A stretch of 64,000 nt of DNA, taken from the IMG/VR virus record IMGVR_UViG_3300017987_000013, positions 8,340 through 72,339 of that record; one strand, 5' to 3'. A program made the translations under genes and the position numbers. The DNA is from a virus. The notes beneath the pieces were generated by a model, which was given only the letters and a program-made list of their open reading frames with translations, did not search any database and was not told the origin of the DNA. Shown piece after piece: positions 19,901-29,696 of the stretch; position 1 is the first letter of the stretch; each line of letters opens with the position of its first letter.

Positions 19901-22688
19901 CATATTGAGCCTCATACTCGAGACGGAACTTGTCGATCTGGTCTTGAATGGAGTCAACACGTTCCTCCAACTCGACCTCGCGCTCATTGAATTCCGCTTC
20001 GGTTAGCTCGTCGCCCGCCTCCTCAGCAGCACGCAGTTCCCGGTGGAGCTGTTGCAGACGATCAAGGCCGCCATGGTGAGCACCTACGGACACGGTAGGG
20101 GTGCGTTCTGGACTCGACTCAGTTGCCTGGTACCGGCTCTTACGAGCTTCAAGCGCGGCCTCGGTCGGCTCGCGCTCAACACCGACCTCCTCATCCGTAA
20201 CGGGTGCAACTTCTCCAGTAGGTTCCGCGGCAGGCTCCAAGCCAGCTTCGGCTTGTGGCTGTGTAGTCTCTGCGACCGGAGATACTTCCGCCGCCTCTGC
20301 GGGCTCGGCGGTTAGAAGCTCCACTTCAGACTCTTCAGCAAGCGTAGGCTCGGCTGTCGGTGTCAGATCTTCGTAATCTACCAGAACTGAGGCAGGGACG
20401 TCTTCGCCACGCCGCAACGCGTCTTCAATCAGCGCGCGGTGTCGTTGCGATAGGTCTGTCGTTGGTGTACGCGGCAGTTCGTCGCCACGCTCTATCGCAC
20501 GACGGATACCCCACGGATCAGTGGCGTTAGTGAGTTCTTCGGGGAACACTTCGGCCAGCAATGGACGTGCGCGCTCTAGCTCTTGTCGATCGCTAGGCGC
20601 TAGAGCTTGGCGTAGTTCGTTATAGGGCATCTGCCAAGCGGCACGCATCCGCCCTGCTGGCTGCACCGTTGTCTCTTCTGGTTCCGGTGTCGGCTCGGGC
20701 TGCTCTATGTACTCCGATTCCGGCGTTTGTACCTCCGCCCTCCGCTCTTCAACTCCTGGTGGCGGACCCTGTTCTACCTTCCGACGCTCAAACGTCGGAC
20801 GATCCATCGGATCTAGGGTTAGCGCACCCGTCACAGGATCCCGTTCGCCAGAAACGCGTTCCCGCACTTCCTCGGGCGTTAGTTCGCGACCAGTAGGCTC
20901 CCCTCCAGGAACTGCGGAGCGAGGCTCTTCCCATTCCGTCAACCGACGTACGACATCAGCCTCAAGTGTCGCTGTCTGTTCGTCGCCGAAACGAGAACGA
21001 ACACTGTCGTAGTAGTTGCCGATCCTCTCACGATTGTCGCGGATCTCCTTTTCAAGCGTTTCTCTCTGCTCTGGTCGCAAAGACAGCCCTGTCTGAGGAG
21101 TACGCCCAGACCTTAATACTTGCTCGGCTGTACGCGCATCGATCTCAAGACCAGCGATTTCTTCCGCAGTGGTGCCGTAATCGATGTCCAGTTGTTCCTG
21201 CGGGAGCTGCTCGACCGCGCCAGGTGTCGGTTCAGGCCGTACGACCTCTTCCCCCTCTTCCAGCCTCCGCTGCGCTTCTGCAAGGACTTCCTGGGGATCC
21301 GGTTCTGGCTCCGTTACAGCCACTCCCTCCGTCTCAGGCGTACGTTCTGGCTCTCGGAGGGGTTCCTGCGCGGCCGGACGAACTTCGGGCTCCTGGGACC
21401 GCACACGGCGCTCTGGAGACGGCTCTGGCGCCACAGGGGGGCGCTCTTCTGGTACCACAGAACGTTCGGACGGACGAACCGGTTCTTCTGCAGGTGGACG
21501 TGGCTCAGTGGGTCGTCCCGGCGTTTCAGTAGCAGGCTCCGGACGCATCGATCGACGCACGACGGTTGCAGCCTCGTTGTATACCTTCATTAATTCGGCG
21601 TCAGGTGTTGCACCGGGTTTCTTAGAGTCAGGATGGTACTTATTAGACTTCGTTCGAATTGCCGCGTCTAGCTGGGCTTCCGTGGCATCGTCGGCCAACC
21701 CAAGTATTCGGCGGGCAAACTGTACTTCTTGCTCCGGCGTCACGCGCCCACCTTGCGCCATCCGCCTTGCTTCCTTGGCCGCTTGCGTCATCTCGGCAAC
21801 ATCTCGAGGCGAAGCGACTGCACGGGAAGGTGAAATGCGAACACCCGTCAAAGCTCCCAAGAAACCACCTAAAACCGTACCATACGGCGCATACTTGACA
21901 CCTTCAAGCGCTGCTTCAGGCCCATGCTCAAGTGTCTCACGGGCAGCTCCGAACGTAGCAGCCTCACCAGTCCCAGCCGCTGCCGATTCAACAGCCTTGG
22001 CGGTTCTAGCGGCACCTGTTCCGCTATAAGCGAGACGGTCAAGATAGGCAGCCAATTTAGGCGCTATTGCACGTTCGGCCTGTGACAGCTTCCGAATCGC
22101 CGCTCCGCCAAGACGCGCAACAGGCCCTAGGACACGCATGTAAACCATTTCTCGTGCAGCCGTGCCCAGCGCACCTTCCGCGCCAAGGAGATTGGCATGC
22201 TGCGACAACACTTCAGGATCCACTTGACTGTAGAATTCCTCTAGTAGTTCATCGCGTTGCTTCTCTCCGGGCCGCAATTGCGCTAGGAACGTACCGATCG
22301 CCGCGCCAGTTGGCCCAACTCCCACTTCCTCTGGTTTTACGGGTGGCGGCACCTCTTCCCTGTACGCCCGCATAGCCTCAACTGTACCAGGCCGTTTCGT
22401 ACGTCCGATGCGAGGCATCGCCCCTTCAATCGGCTCGTCGCCGCCAACGAGAATGTCGGCGATTCCGCCAGGTGCACGCCGTGGTGGAGGCTCGTCGACG
22501 CCGGCGGCAACAAGTAACCGCCCCGGTTCGAATTCTGGTAACGGAGATTGTGCGATAGGTTCTGTGCCGCCAACAGTGATGTCGGGACGTTCGCCCACAA
22601 TCCCACGTAACCGATCGAGACGACTGTGTTCTTGAGTCTCCTCGCCAAGAATGCTGCGAAGTCGAGTAAGTCGTGTCGGAGTTGTCAT
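16968..22688 (-). CDS. giant putative internal virion/DNA ejection (polyvalent-type) protein with J-domain
   Basis: 1906 aa; last large gene of a podovirus-like structural operon; helical C-terminal region; KYHPD J-domain. Confidence 0.75.
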   Translation of the reverse strand: MTTPTRLTRLRSILGEETQEHSRLDRLRGIVGERPDITVGGTEPIAQSPLPEFEPGRLLVAAGVDEPPPRRAPGGIADILVGGDEPIEGAMPRIGRTKRPGTVEAMRAYREEVPPPVKPEEVGVGPTGAAIGTFLAQLRPGEKQRDELLEEFYSQVDPEVLSQHANLLGAEGALGTAAREMVYMRVLGPVARLGGAAIRKLSQAERAIAPKLAAYLDRLAYSGTGAARTAKAVESAAAGTGEAATFGAARETLEHGPEAALEGVKYAPYGTVLGGFLGALTGVRISPSRAVASPRDVAEMTQAAKEARRMAQGGRVTPEQEVQFARRILGLADDATEAQLDAAIRTKSNKYHPDSKKPGATPDAELMKVYNEAATVVRRSMRPEPATETPGRPTEPRPPAEEPVRPSERSVVPEERPPVAPEPSPERRVRSQEPEVRPAAQEPLREPERTPETEGVAVTEPEPDPQEVLAEAQRRLEEGEEVVRPEPTPGAVEQLPQEQLDIDYGTTAEEIAGLEIDARTAEQVLRSGRTPQTGLSLRPEQRETLEKEIRDNRERIGNYYDSVRSRFGDEQTATLEADVVRRLTEWEEPRSAVPGGEPTGRELTPEEVRERVSGERDPVTGALTLDPMDRPTFERRKVEQGPPPGVEERRAEVQTPESEYIEQPEPTPEPEETTVQPAGRMRAAWQMPYNELRQALAPSDRQELERARPLLAEVFPEELTNATDPWGIRRAIERGDELPRTPTTDLSQRHRALIEDALRRGEDVPASVLVDYEDLTPTAEPTLAEESEVELLTAEPAEAAEVSPVAETTQPQAEAGLEPAAEPTGEVAPVTDEEVGVEREPTEAALEARKSRYQATESSPERTPTVSVGAHHGGLDRLQQLHRELRAAEEAGDELTEAEFNEREVELEERVDSIQDQIDKFRLEYEAQYGGEALGELDDAVDEWARVNEIPVTAAETVEPAAETGPIVTAGTESPETAIDATTVSEEVAAEQPPTRSGEELDDMVQQGRAVRVGGTETGAVDAQAVNKGIRAFLRRNFTAPGDLPKRVFDRMIKRDGGVNSRDREVAHTLRKFRRVARRAYGTSKLSDEQQRQINAALQGEPINMPDEMRSIVKDMRGQIDALSQLLIESGAIAEHLVPVIDANRGVYLTRSYKAFDDPKFWQNVSEDVKNRVRSLLASEMPDASPEQLEGEFQRILRAGELSDSPLDFLVRGSKLGSKNLSILKRRKAIAPEIRALWGEYTDPLVNYVRSVTKMSQLLENHKFLADVLEGGLGEYFFEEPVVRDGVSYVKKFAAEGSRALEPLNGFYTSPEVDAAFHRAVETEVVSDWLRHYMKVNGVVKYAKTIGSVMTHVRNTTGNTGFAIANGHWDISKMPDAARTVWGDLWDVGLKDKEEWQGIYREMVELGVVHESARAGELWDAVNDAVRDPEAFIKGNVVQRSIRKILKGVTSVYRAEDDVWKLYAFANEFERYRNAKPDWTDQRVKERAAEIVRNTYPTYSLVPHAIKKIRRFPLVGTFVSFPWEVIRTLGNTLQLTAGELNDPDLHRVGAQRIAGLLLAATTVSAVAYASRFLNGIDDDTDERVRRFVPPWSENSSLVYLGRGENGRVRYIDLSYTDPYSYLRTPLKAMMRGENWHDGLIDGFFEALEPFVSEEILASKLLDVKRNKKKDSGAEVYNPEDPFDKQATAILSYVYDAFEPGTVSGMRRIWRGITNDQTLYGRSYNPVVEGAAMFTGFRMQELDVPQALSWNAREAVGRWSNATRILSSTASRAGDVSDSELQEAYESMERTRQKVFANVTADMEAARKFGMKDEAIKRVLRGSGLSETLVMQLIDHNYVPYQPSDRFLEYVSEARQSTSTPEKAREVRERYADRREFLQQLAEDALEESGAEITRPRSRRPRRRQRR

Positions 22689-23621
22689 TTAGCGGCCCGA
22701 AAGAATCCGTCGTATTTCTTCCGACGTGTAGCCAGCTTCGGCAAGCGTTGTTTCAGCTAAGCTGCCACGGAGGTTTGCTACTAACGACCTAGCTTCCGCA
22801 ACCTCTGGCTCCGTGAGTGGCTGTGCTACTACAGGCTCCGATGGTATCTCGCGAGACGCTGCAGTCGGGCGCCACGACTCAATGGGTTCCCGACCGCCTG
22901 TGACCACATCGAGTGATCCGCCAGGCAGTTTGTCTATGGTCGCTAGACGGTTGGCCTCCCTAATTTGCTCTTCGGGTGATCGGATTTGCCACTCAGGATC
23001 ACGCGTGAGAATGTCAAGCGCTTGGTTCGGCGTGACGTTACGCACCTCCCTGCTACCGCCAGCAGTGCTACTTGTGGTGATCCGTGGTGGCGTTACTCCA
23101 GCGCGGAGAAACGCTTGCTGTTCATCGCTAAGGTACCGAGCCAATCCGCTCGCAGCCTCATCCCGACGAGCCTGAGCAAGCCGTTGTTCGATGCTAGCGT
23201 CTTCGACGCGGCGACCCACATCAAGGGCTCGTGTAATCCCGCTGTCCCGTACGTTGCCAAGGGCGGTAACCTCTGGCGGTGGCGCTTGGACGGCAATCGG
23301 TTCGCCCCCAGGAACCGGTACCTCGCGACTCGGTTGCTCGAACTGAAGCAACTGCTGTAGACCGCCCGGTTGATCGGCGGTAGCTACAGCCCTTAGTGAT
23401 TCTGGCACAGCATCGTAATCCCGCAACGCCTGCTCCACTGGAACAACGTCGGGCTGCGCGAGCTCGGCAGCCATCTGCGCCTTTCTCGCTTCGTTCTGTC
23501 GATATGCCGCGAGTTCCTGAGCGTCCTCATCAGCCTGCTTCGCCATGAGTAGCCCGATGATATTGTTGAGCCCGCCGCTCAAAGCTCTAGCGACGCCAGC
23601 CCGTGCGTATGACGGTGGCAC
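22689..23621 (-). CDS. putative internal virion/ejection protein
   Basis: Position before the giant protein; Ala/Gln-rich. Confidence 0.55.
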   Translation of the reverse strand: MPPSYARAGVARALSGGLNNIIGLLMAKQADEDAQELAAYRQNEARKAQMAAELAQPDVVPVEQALRDYDAVPESLRAVATADQPGGLQQLLQFEQPSREVPVPGGEPIAVQAPPPEVTALGNVRDSGITRALDVGRRVEDASIEQRLAQARRDEAASGLARYLSDEQQAFLRAGVTPPRITTSSTAGGSREVRNVTPNQALDILTRDPEWQIRSPEEQIREANRLATIDKLPGGSLDVVTGGREPIESWRPTAASREIPSEPVVAQPLTEPEVAEARSLVANLRGSLAETTLAEAGYTSEEIRRILSGR

Positions 23622-23622
23622 C

Positions 23623-24282
23623 TTAGTACCTCCTCATCGAACCCGTGACTAGATTGAAAAGGGTTTGAAGTTCGGCGAGCTTCGCCTGTCGCTCCATTTC
23701 CTCTTCCTTTATACGTTGCCAACGATCCGCGACCGCTCCCTCCTGTTGAGCCGCATACACATTGCCAGCAGTGCTCGCCAAACTGAGCGGCACTACAGGA
23801 TTCTCTTTGAGATAGCTCGTGATTCCACTCAACATGCCCTCACCTGCTTTCTTGGGCAGTATGTTGCCTGCCACAGTGCGCCCTGTGTTAGTAGCTACAG
23901 CCTCACTTAAATCGACCGCTGGCGCGGACCCGACCGTACCAGGCATTATTGGACCAGGGGTGCCTGACAGCGCACCGTACGCACCTCTCGCGAGATCCCC
24001 TACCTTCCCAGCTCCGTAGGCAAGCGCTGCTCCCTCAGCACCACCTTGCAGAATGTCGACAAGGCCGCGGTCACCTTCGTCGTCGAGTTTCTGTGCGGCA
24101 CCTCCAGCAGCTGCCATTGGCAATCCTATTGGAGCGCCAACGCCGGTCGCGGTGAGAGCAATGCCAAGCGGCTTCGCCGTGTCGCCGAATGCACCCAACG
24201 CCGTTCGAGGCTCGCCTTTCAGTAGACCGTAGATCCCACGAAACGGCCCCGTGACTGCGTTTTTTAGCCAATTGAAAGCCAT
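23623..24282 (-). CDS. putative ejection protein (Gly/Ala-rich hydrophobic helices)
   Basis: GIALTATGVGAPIGLPMAAAGG; composition like P22 gp7/T7 gp14. Confidence 0.55.
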   Translation of the reverse strand: MAFNWLKNAVTGPFRGIYGLLKGEPRTALGAFGDTAKPLGIALTATGVGAPIGLPMAAAGGAAQKLDDEGDRGLVDILQGGAEGAALAYGAGKVGDLARGAYGALSGTPGPIMPGTVGSAPAVDLSEAVATNTGRTVAGNILPKKAGEGMLSGITSYLKENPVVPLSLASTAGNVYAAQQEGAVADRWQRIKEEEMERQAKLAELQTLFNLVTGSMRRY

Positions 24283-24293
24283 TGTCCTACCCC

Positions 24294-26072
24294 TTATTCA
24301 TCTGGCACGTAAATGTTGCCAGTATCTTGATCTACCCACTGCGTACCATCCCACTCCCAATTACCGGGCTCTTCCGGGAAGTTAGGACGCTGCGTCGAAT
24401 CGCCCCAATCGTAATCGCCGCTGGTCGTGTCGCCGGTTCCAGTATTGATGTTGACCGTAATGTTGCCGCCGTCTTCGTCCGGACCGCCCGTGCCGTAATA
24501 TTCCTCCCACAACTCGTACATGGCGTCGAACTTCTCTTTGTCGGTTTCTGCCTGATCCATGCGGAACTGCAGTTCTTCGTTGAATTGCCGCTGTTCCTCA
24601 CTGAGCGCCCTGTCTCGATACCCAGACACCTCTTCGCCTGTCTCCGGATCAGTGTAACCGTACTCGAAGTCCTGTTGCGCTTGCTGGAACGCGATATCGG
24701 CGTCCAAACCCCGTTCCTGAAGCTGTAGTGCGCGATCCTCCAACCACCGCTGGTTCTCGATCTGTTCGGCGCGTAGTTGTAGTTCATCACGACTCAGTTC
24801 AAGTTGGGCGAGATCTCGGGCTTCCTGCAGGTCCAACGAACGGTCCTGTTGCCGGATCTCCGTTGCTCGTTGGTCGACCTGCTGTTGATCGATGTCCAGC
24901 GCCCGCATCTTGATTGCCTGCTCGGCTTCGCGATACGAATCCTCCATATTGAGACCGAGTTCTTCGAGGCGTAGTTGTTCGCTACGGAAATCAGCGTCTT
25001 GCTCAAGAGCCGCGTATCTGTAGGCATCCTCCTGCTCAAGTCCTTGCTGCTGGAGGTCCTGCGCCCTGGTTGCGAGCTCCCGTTCCTGATCAAGAGCAGC
25101 TTGGTTCCACGCGTCTTCCATCTGCATCCCGGCTTCCTGCAGATCAAGCGCCCGACCCTGCAACCCAACACTCAAAGCGTTCTGCGCCTCCTCTGATTCC
25201 AGCGCCATAGTGAACTGCTCGTTCTGCTGTAGTCGCGAGGCAACCTGCTCGTTGAACGTTTGCTGGAACTGAGCAGTTTCGGCTTCGAACTGTTCTCGGC
25301 TCAAACCGATTGTTTCGGCGAATTCGGCTTGCCGCTGCTCCAAGTTGGCCTCGAACTGCTCGCCCTGTTGCGCAAGTTCCGCTTGCCCAAGCTCCGTGGC
25401 CGCGATGTCCCGCGCTTCCTGTAGGTCAAGCGCCCGTCCCTGGTTCAATACCTCCTGGGCACGCAGGTCGAGTTCCCGCTCCGACAGCCCACTGGTGGTT
25501 CCAAATTCGAATTGCTGCTCCAAAGCGCCTAGCGTATTAAGGCCCATCGATCCGGCCGCCTGTCGGCCAAGAGTCTCGTAATTCGCCAACGCCTCCTGCA
25601 GCGCCCGCTCGTCCTCCATGCGCGCTTGCTGTAGCTGGCCTTGGAGATCAACCTGTTGTTCACCTTCATAGCTACTGCCGACCAAACCCCGTTGCGCGAC
25701 CCATTCGGCCAGCCCGCGTTTCGCCTCTTGCTCGGCGTCTGACAGCCGCCCTTCGCTTTCGGCTCGAGTCGCAGACACAAGCGGCGATAGATACGGATTA
25801 GGATTGTTCATCCAGTCGGAAGCGTAGTTCGTCACCTGCCCGGTGTAATCCGCAAGACTGGGAGGCGGCGGTGGAGGCGGCGATACGGTCGGCGCCCCAG
25901 ATGGCGCTGCCCCTGGAGCTTGAGACTGGGAACCGGTCGACGCCGTCAACTGCTGCTGCGATTCTGGCAGCGTGCCTGTCGTGTTCTCAACCGGCTGCGC
26001 CTGGTAGTCCGGTTGCTGCTGCGCCTGTTGCGCGGCCAGTTCTTCTTCTGTCAAATATGGTGCCGTCATCAT
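24294..26072 (-). CDS. Gln/Glu-rich coiled-coil putative ejection protein
   Basis: Recurring RALDLQE-like motif; position after the nozzle gene. Confidence 0.6.
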   Translation of the reverse strand: MMTAPYLTEEELAAQQAQQQPDYQAQPVENTTGTLPESQQQLTASTGSQSQAPGAAPSGAPTVSPPPPPPPSLADYTGQVTNYASDWMNNPNPYLSPLVSATRAESEGRLSDAEQEAKRGLAEWVAQRGLVGSSYEGEQQVDLQGQLQQARMEDERALQEALANYETLGRQAAGSMGLNTLGALEQQFEFGTTSGLSERELDLRAQEVLNQGRALDLQEARDIAATELGQAELAQQGEQFEANLEQRQAEFAETIGLSREQFEAETAQFQQTFNEQVASRLQQNEQFTMALESEEAQNALSVGLQGRALDLQEAGMQMEDAWNQAALDQERELATRAQDLQQQGLEQEDAYRYAALEQDADFRSEQLRLEELGLNMEDSYREAEQAIKMRALDIDQQQVDQRATEIRQQDRSLDLQEARDLAQLELSRDELQLRAEQIENQRWLEDRALQLQERGLDADIAFQQAQQDFEYGYTDPETGEEVSGYRDRALSEEQRQFNEELQFRMDQAETDKEKFDAMYELWEEYYGTGGPDEDGGNITVNINTGTGDTTSGDYDWGDSTQRPNFPEEPGNWEWDGTQWVDQDTGNIYVPDE

Positions 26073-26081
26073 TACTCCAAA

Positions 26082-26726
26082 TTACGATGGTGCTATGAGG
26101 CCGTAAGAACGCAACACCGCTAGCACTGCGTTGATCGCGACTCGCGCCTCTGCATCTTGCGTAGCGCCACCGGTTGCGTCAGCAATCTTGGACTGTTGCG
26201 AAATCGGCGTTGCCCCGTGGAATCCAATATCTGAGCCAATTGTAATGCCCGTGCCCACAGTCGCTTCTGTGATCTCATCAAGGCCGATAGAACTGAAAAA
26301 GAAGATCTTGTCGAAAGCGGGCTGGCAGCAGTTGGTCAGCGATGCCATGCGATCCTCTGCCGACACCCCATCGTAAAGGATCTTGTTGCCCTCACCATCA
26401 TACTGAACAGGAATCAGAAACAAACTGTATGAATAGTCGAGGTCTAAGCTCGCTTCGAAGTCCTGCATCCGCTCTTGACGACAATCCACCAACGTACTTG
26501 ACGTGTAGTTGTCGGCGTCATATGTAAGGTCACCTTCGCCAGCAGCGGTCGATTGAAGATGGACTTGTACCCAACCACATGAATACGGGGCCAACCACCG
26601 TACGTACCATTTCAGACAATCGTAGACGTCACCCAAGATCCTCGGCTCACGACGCAATAACTCAGAGTTGAGTATCCTCGCCCATTCAACGAGTTCAGGA
26701 TTGCCGTCGCGCGGGAGCTTCAACAT
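26082..26726 (-). CDS. putative tail needle/fibre-like structural protein
   Basis: C-terminal GFHGATP...INAVLAVLRSYGLI fibre-like motif. Confidence 0.5.
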   Translation of the reverse strand: MLKLPRDGNPELVEWARILNSELLRREPRILGDVYDCLKWYVRWLAPYSCGWVQVHLQSTAAGEGDLTYDADNYTSSTLVDCRQERMQDFEASLDLDYSYSLFLIPVQYDGEGNKILYDGVSAEDRMASLTNCCQPAFDKIFFFSSIGLDEITEATVGTGITIGSDIGFHGATPISQQSKIADATGGATQDAEARVAINAVLAVLRSYGLIAPS

Positions 26727-28399
26727 CAGGTCGCCTCTCGGAGTAACAATGCAGATAGACCCAACAGTGTGATTTTCACATCATCGGTGGTCGTAACCTG
26801 TATCTGTGGATTGTCCGCATCCAGTTTCGTCATGATACGACTACGATACGCTGTGTCGGACCCGAGCGTCGTTTGGGTCACGGACTGCGCTGTCGTCGTA
26901 GAGCCCGCGCCGGTCACCGACACTGCCAGCGTCGCGTTTGCTTCTTGAATGGACGCTACGTCGATCCGGCGAACACGTTTTTTTTGCCGCGGCCGGCGGA
27001 GTTGAAACGGTTTCGACAGTATCGTCAGCGTCACGTCGGAACCGCCCGTACTGTCGTACAACATATCATCCTTGTCGACGCCTGAGTGCCGTCGTAAGTA
27101 GCCGTCGTACCCAACAGAATACACGATCCGCGACTTGTTGGCCGATGGAGCCATAAACAGCGTCGCTGGTAACGTGTCGTTCGAATCCGACAAGTACCCG
27201 TCCGCGTCCTCGTAGACAATCGTATCGTCACTGTCGTCAGTATCTATCGTTGCGTACCCGTCAGCATCTTCCTCGAGCGTATGCCCCCCAGCGTCAACCG
27301 TCAGGTACCCATCGGCATCGCCTGTTTCACTGAACAACAACGCAGTGACCGGGTTCCGCCCAGGAATATCGATGGTCGCCGCCCCTTTCGTGCCGCCGCG
27401 CTGATACTCAACGTCTTTCTGTAAAAGATTCAGAACGAGCACGCGGTTGTTGTACGCACCACCGTTACTGATCGCCAAGTGATAGTTCTGTTCAATCTCG
27501 TCGTATGTCGCAGACGGGTACCCAGGGTTGGCATAGATCAATTCTTTGTCTATGTCGTCCATGAACCCCTGGACGCTTCGCGAAATCAATTCGATATTCG
27601 ACCCCGGCACATAGTATTCAACACCACGTTCACTCAACCAGCACGCACCATTGTCGCCGACGCCGACTACCGTTCTGAAAGCAACACAGCCAACCGACCG
27701 AGAAAAGCCGGTGGCTCCAGCAGCGACAATGATCGTCTGTTCGCCATACCCTTCGATATACGAAGTGCTGGTGCGATCGAACACCAGTAAGTGCGGACCA
27801 ATCTGAAACAGGCCAGTCGGCGGTGCGTCGACCTGAACCGTGAGCCCGCCATCAGCCGTCGCCCACGTTTCCATGTCGCCAACTGCCGATGCCTGGACCA
27901 ACACACCACTGTGCCCCGTTGCGTACAGTCTGCGACCGAACTCAGCAATGTACTTCACACCTTCCGGCGCGTTTGTCACCGTGTCCCACGTACCACCGTC
28001 CCACCGCTTGATGGTCGTATCGCCGTTCGCCATCAACAGATACTGGGTCGCACCCTCCCGCATTGAGATGATGCTGTACCAGTCCTCACGCAGCCCTGTC
28101 GCGATCTCTGTCCATGTCTCGCCGAAGTCCGTGCTCATCGATGCCACGGACCCCGAGATGTCGATGATCTGATCCTCACCGCCGGCAGTCGTGAAAAAAG
28201 CGCCGCCATACCCGATTCCGTTGTTGGGCGTCGATGAACTTGTACGTTTCGAACCAGGACGCCGCTGAACAGAACCATCCGGCTGTATCCGACCGTTATA
28301 GATCGTGCGCACCGACGCCTTGGGAAACGCGGTCGGGGCGACTGAATCAAACATACCTAGACTCAGGTCTGTGGTCAGTTCAGTCAGCAATCGCGACAC
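26726..28399 (-). CDS. putative tail nozzle/stabilisation protein (P22 gp10/T7 gp12-like)
   Basis: 557 aa, beta-rich; early GSVQRRPGS motif; SVGC and WLSERGV motifs. Confidence 0.7.
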   Translation of the reverse strand: MSRLLTELTTDLSLGMFDSVAPTAFPKASVRTIYNGRIQPDGSVQRRPGSKRTSSSTPNNGIGYGGAFFTTAGGEDQIIDISGSVASMSTDFGETWTEIATGLREDWYSIISMREGATQYLLMANGDTTIKRWDGGTWDTVTNAPEGVKYIAEFGRRLYATGHSGVLVQASAVGDMETWATADGGLTVQVDAPPTGLFQIGPHLLVFDRTSTSYIEGYGEQTIIVAAGATGFSRSVGCVAFRTVVGVGDNGACWLSERGVEYYVPGSNIELISRSVQGFMDDIDKELIYANPGYPSATYDEIEQNYHLAISNGGAYNNRVLVLNLLQKDVEYQRGGTKGAATIDIPGRNPVTALLFSETGDADGYLTVDAGGHTLEEDADGYATIDTDDSDDTIVYEDADGYLSDSNDTLPATLFMAPSANKSRIVYSVGYDGYLRRHSGVDKDDMLYDSTGGSDVTLTILSKPFQLRRPRQKKRVRRIDVASIQEANATLAVSVTGAGSTTTAQSVTQTTLGSDTAYRSRIMTKLDADNPQIQVTTTDDVKITLLGLSALLLREAT

Positions 28400-28631
28400 T
28401 TCGTTGCTCCGGTTCCTTGACTATGAGAAACAACCCCTGATCGTCCTGTCCTTCCTTGATGATCTCAGTTGGATCCATATCGTGCGCAGCAAACACCGTC
28501 GTCACAATATTATTGACCGCGCTCTGTGCAGACTGGAGCGCCCTGCTCGCCTCAATCATCAAGGCGCGCTGCTTCTCAGTAATGCGTAAGGTGCGCGTCT
28601 CCTGTTCAGGCCCCTCTGGCGTTTTGCTCAT
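28380..28631 (-). CDS. small hypothetical protein (possible fibre chaperone)
   Basis: Short amphipathic helix; follows the fibre gene. Confidence 0.45.
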   Translation of the reverse strand: MSKTPEGPEQETRTLRITEKQRALMIEASRALQSAQSAVNNIVTTVFAAHDMDPTEIIKEGQDDQGLFLIVKEPEQRSVAIAD

Positions 28632-28822
28632 ATATCATCCTCAATACATTTCACCGAATCAACCACCAGCCTCACGACGGGCGGATCGACAGTGACGTCT
28701 ATCACAAGAGTGACATACTGGATCGTCTCGCAGTCGGTATCAACGACCTCTTGTGTCTCAATCACAGGGTCCACTGGCGAGCTACAGGCCAAAAGCAGCA
28801 GACACACGATTAGCCACCTCAT
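28628..28822 (-). CDS. small lipoprotein
   Basis: MRWLIVCLLLLA-C lipobox. Confidence 0.65.
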   Translation of the reverse strand: MRWLIVCLLLLACSSPVDPVIETQEVVDTDCETIQYVTLVIDVTVDPPVVRLVVDSVKCIEDDI

Positions 28823-29682
28823 TGCAGTAATCCGTATGATTGCAGGTCGGCTATCAGCGTGCCTACTACATCAGCCAACTCAGCAACAGCGACCGCATCG
28901 GCGTCAAAAGCTCTATCAATAGACACGTTCGTCGGCGTGTATGCGGCCGCCTGAGCGGCTGGGGCAGTACCGAAAAACCCGATGTTCTCGCCGTCGTGGT
29001 CCAGATTCCCACTCACAAAAAGGCTTAGTGTGTACACGCCATTCCATTCGTGAGCCACCGAACCCAACGTAACAGTGCCAGTGGTCGGATGCAGGTACTG
29101 GTTGGTTAACGTCAGTTCGGCCGCACTCGAGGCCACAGCAAACGTCATGCTAGTACCAGCACCAACCGCGCTCAAAGCATCAACATTGATAGCTGCTGAG
29201 GTGATGGATGTTGCTCCTGTGACAACACCAGCATCCACACTGATCGTACCATCCAGTACAATCGCCGATCCCGCCGCAGGAGTGATGTTTACCGCACCAG
29301 ACGTAGCCGTGATAGTGTTGCCGTCGATACTGATGTTGTCGATCGCGAGAGATTCTAGGCCCGACAATGATGTCGACCACTGCGGCGCTGTGCCGCTCGA
29401 CGTCAAGACCGTGTTCGCCGCCCCGATGTTGAGGTACGACATTTTCTTGACGTTCGAGATGCCACCGGCCGTGAAATACGGAACGTCCCCAGCGGTCGCG
29501 GGGTTGCTGTAGAAGTAGCCATCCTTCCCAACACAGGCTTTTCTTGCGGCTGCCGTCGAGCCATTCCAAATGTCAACAAGGATGCTGTTCGCGGTAGATC
29601 TCGCAGCATCGAACCCGAAAATGTGAGCATCGGAGTCATCTGAGCTTTCTTGTATGGCCTTAACGCCTTGGCTTAAACTCAT
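28819..29682 (-). CDS. fibre-like virion protein
   Basis: G/S/T/A-rich; IDNISIDGNTIT; C-terminal GFFGTAP...LIADLQSYGLL. Confidence 0.6.
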   Translation of the reverse strand: MSLSQGVKAIQESSDDSDAHIFGFDAARSTANSILVDIWNGSTAAARKACVGKDGYFYSNPATAGDVPYFTAGGISNVKKMSYLNIGAANTVLTSSGTAPQWSTSLSGLESLAIDNISIDGNTITATSGAVNITPAAGSAIVLDGTISVDAGVVTGATSITSAAINVDALSAVGAGTSMTFAVASSAAELTLTNQYLHPTTGTVTLGSVAHEWNGVYTLSLFVSGNLDHDGENIGFFGTAPAAQAAAYTPTNVSIDRAFDADAVAVAELADVVGTLIADLQSYGLLQ

Positions 29683-29696
29683 ATGTCACGCCCCGA

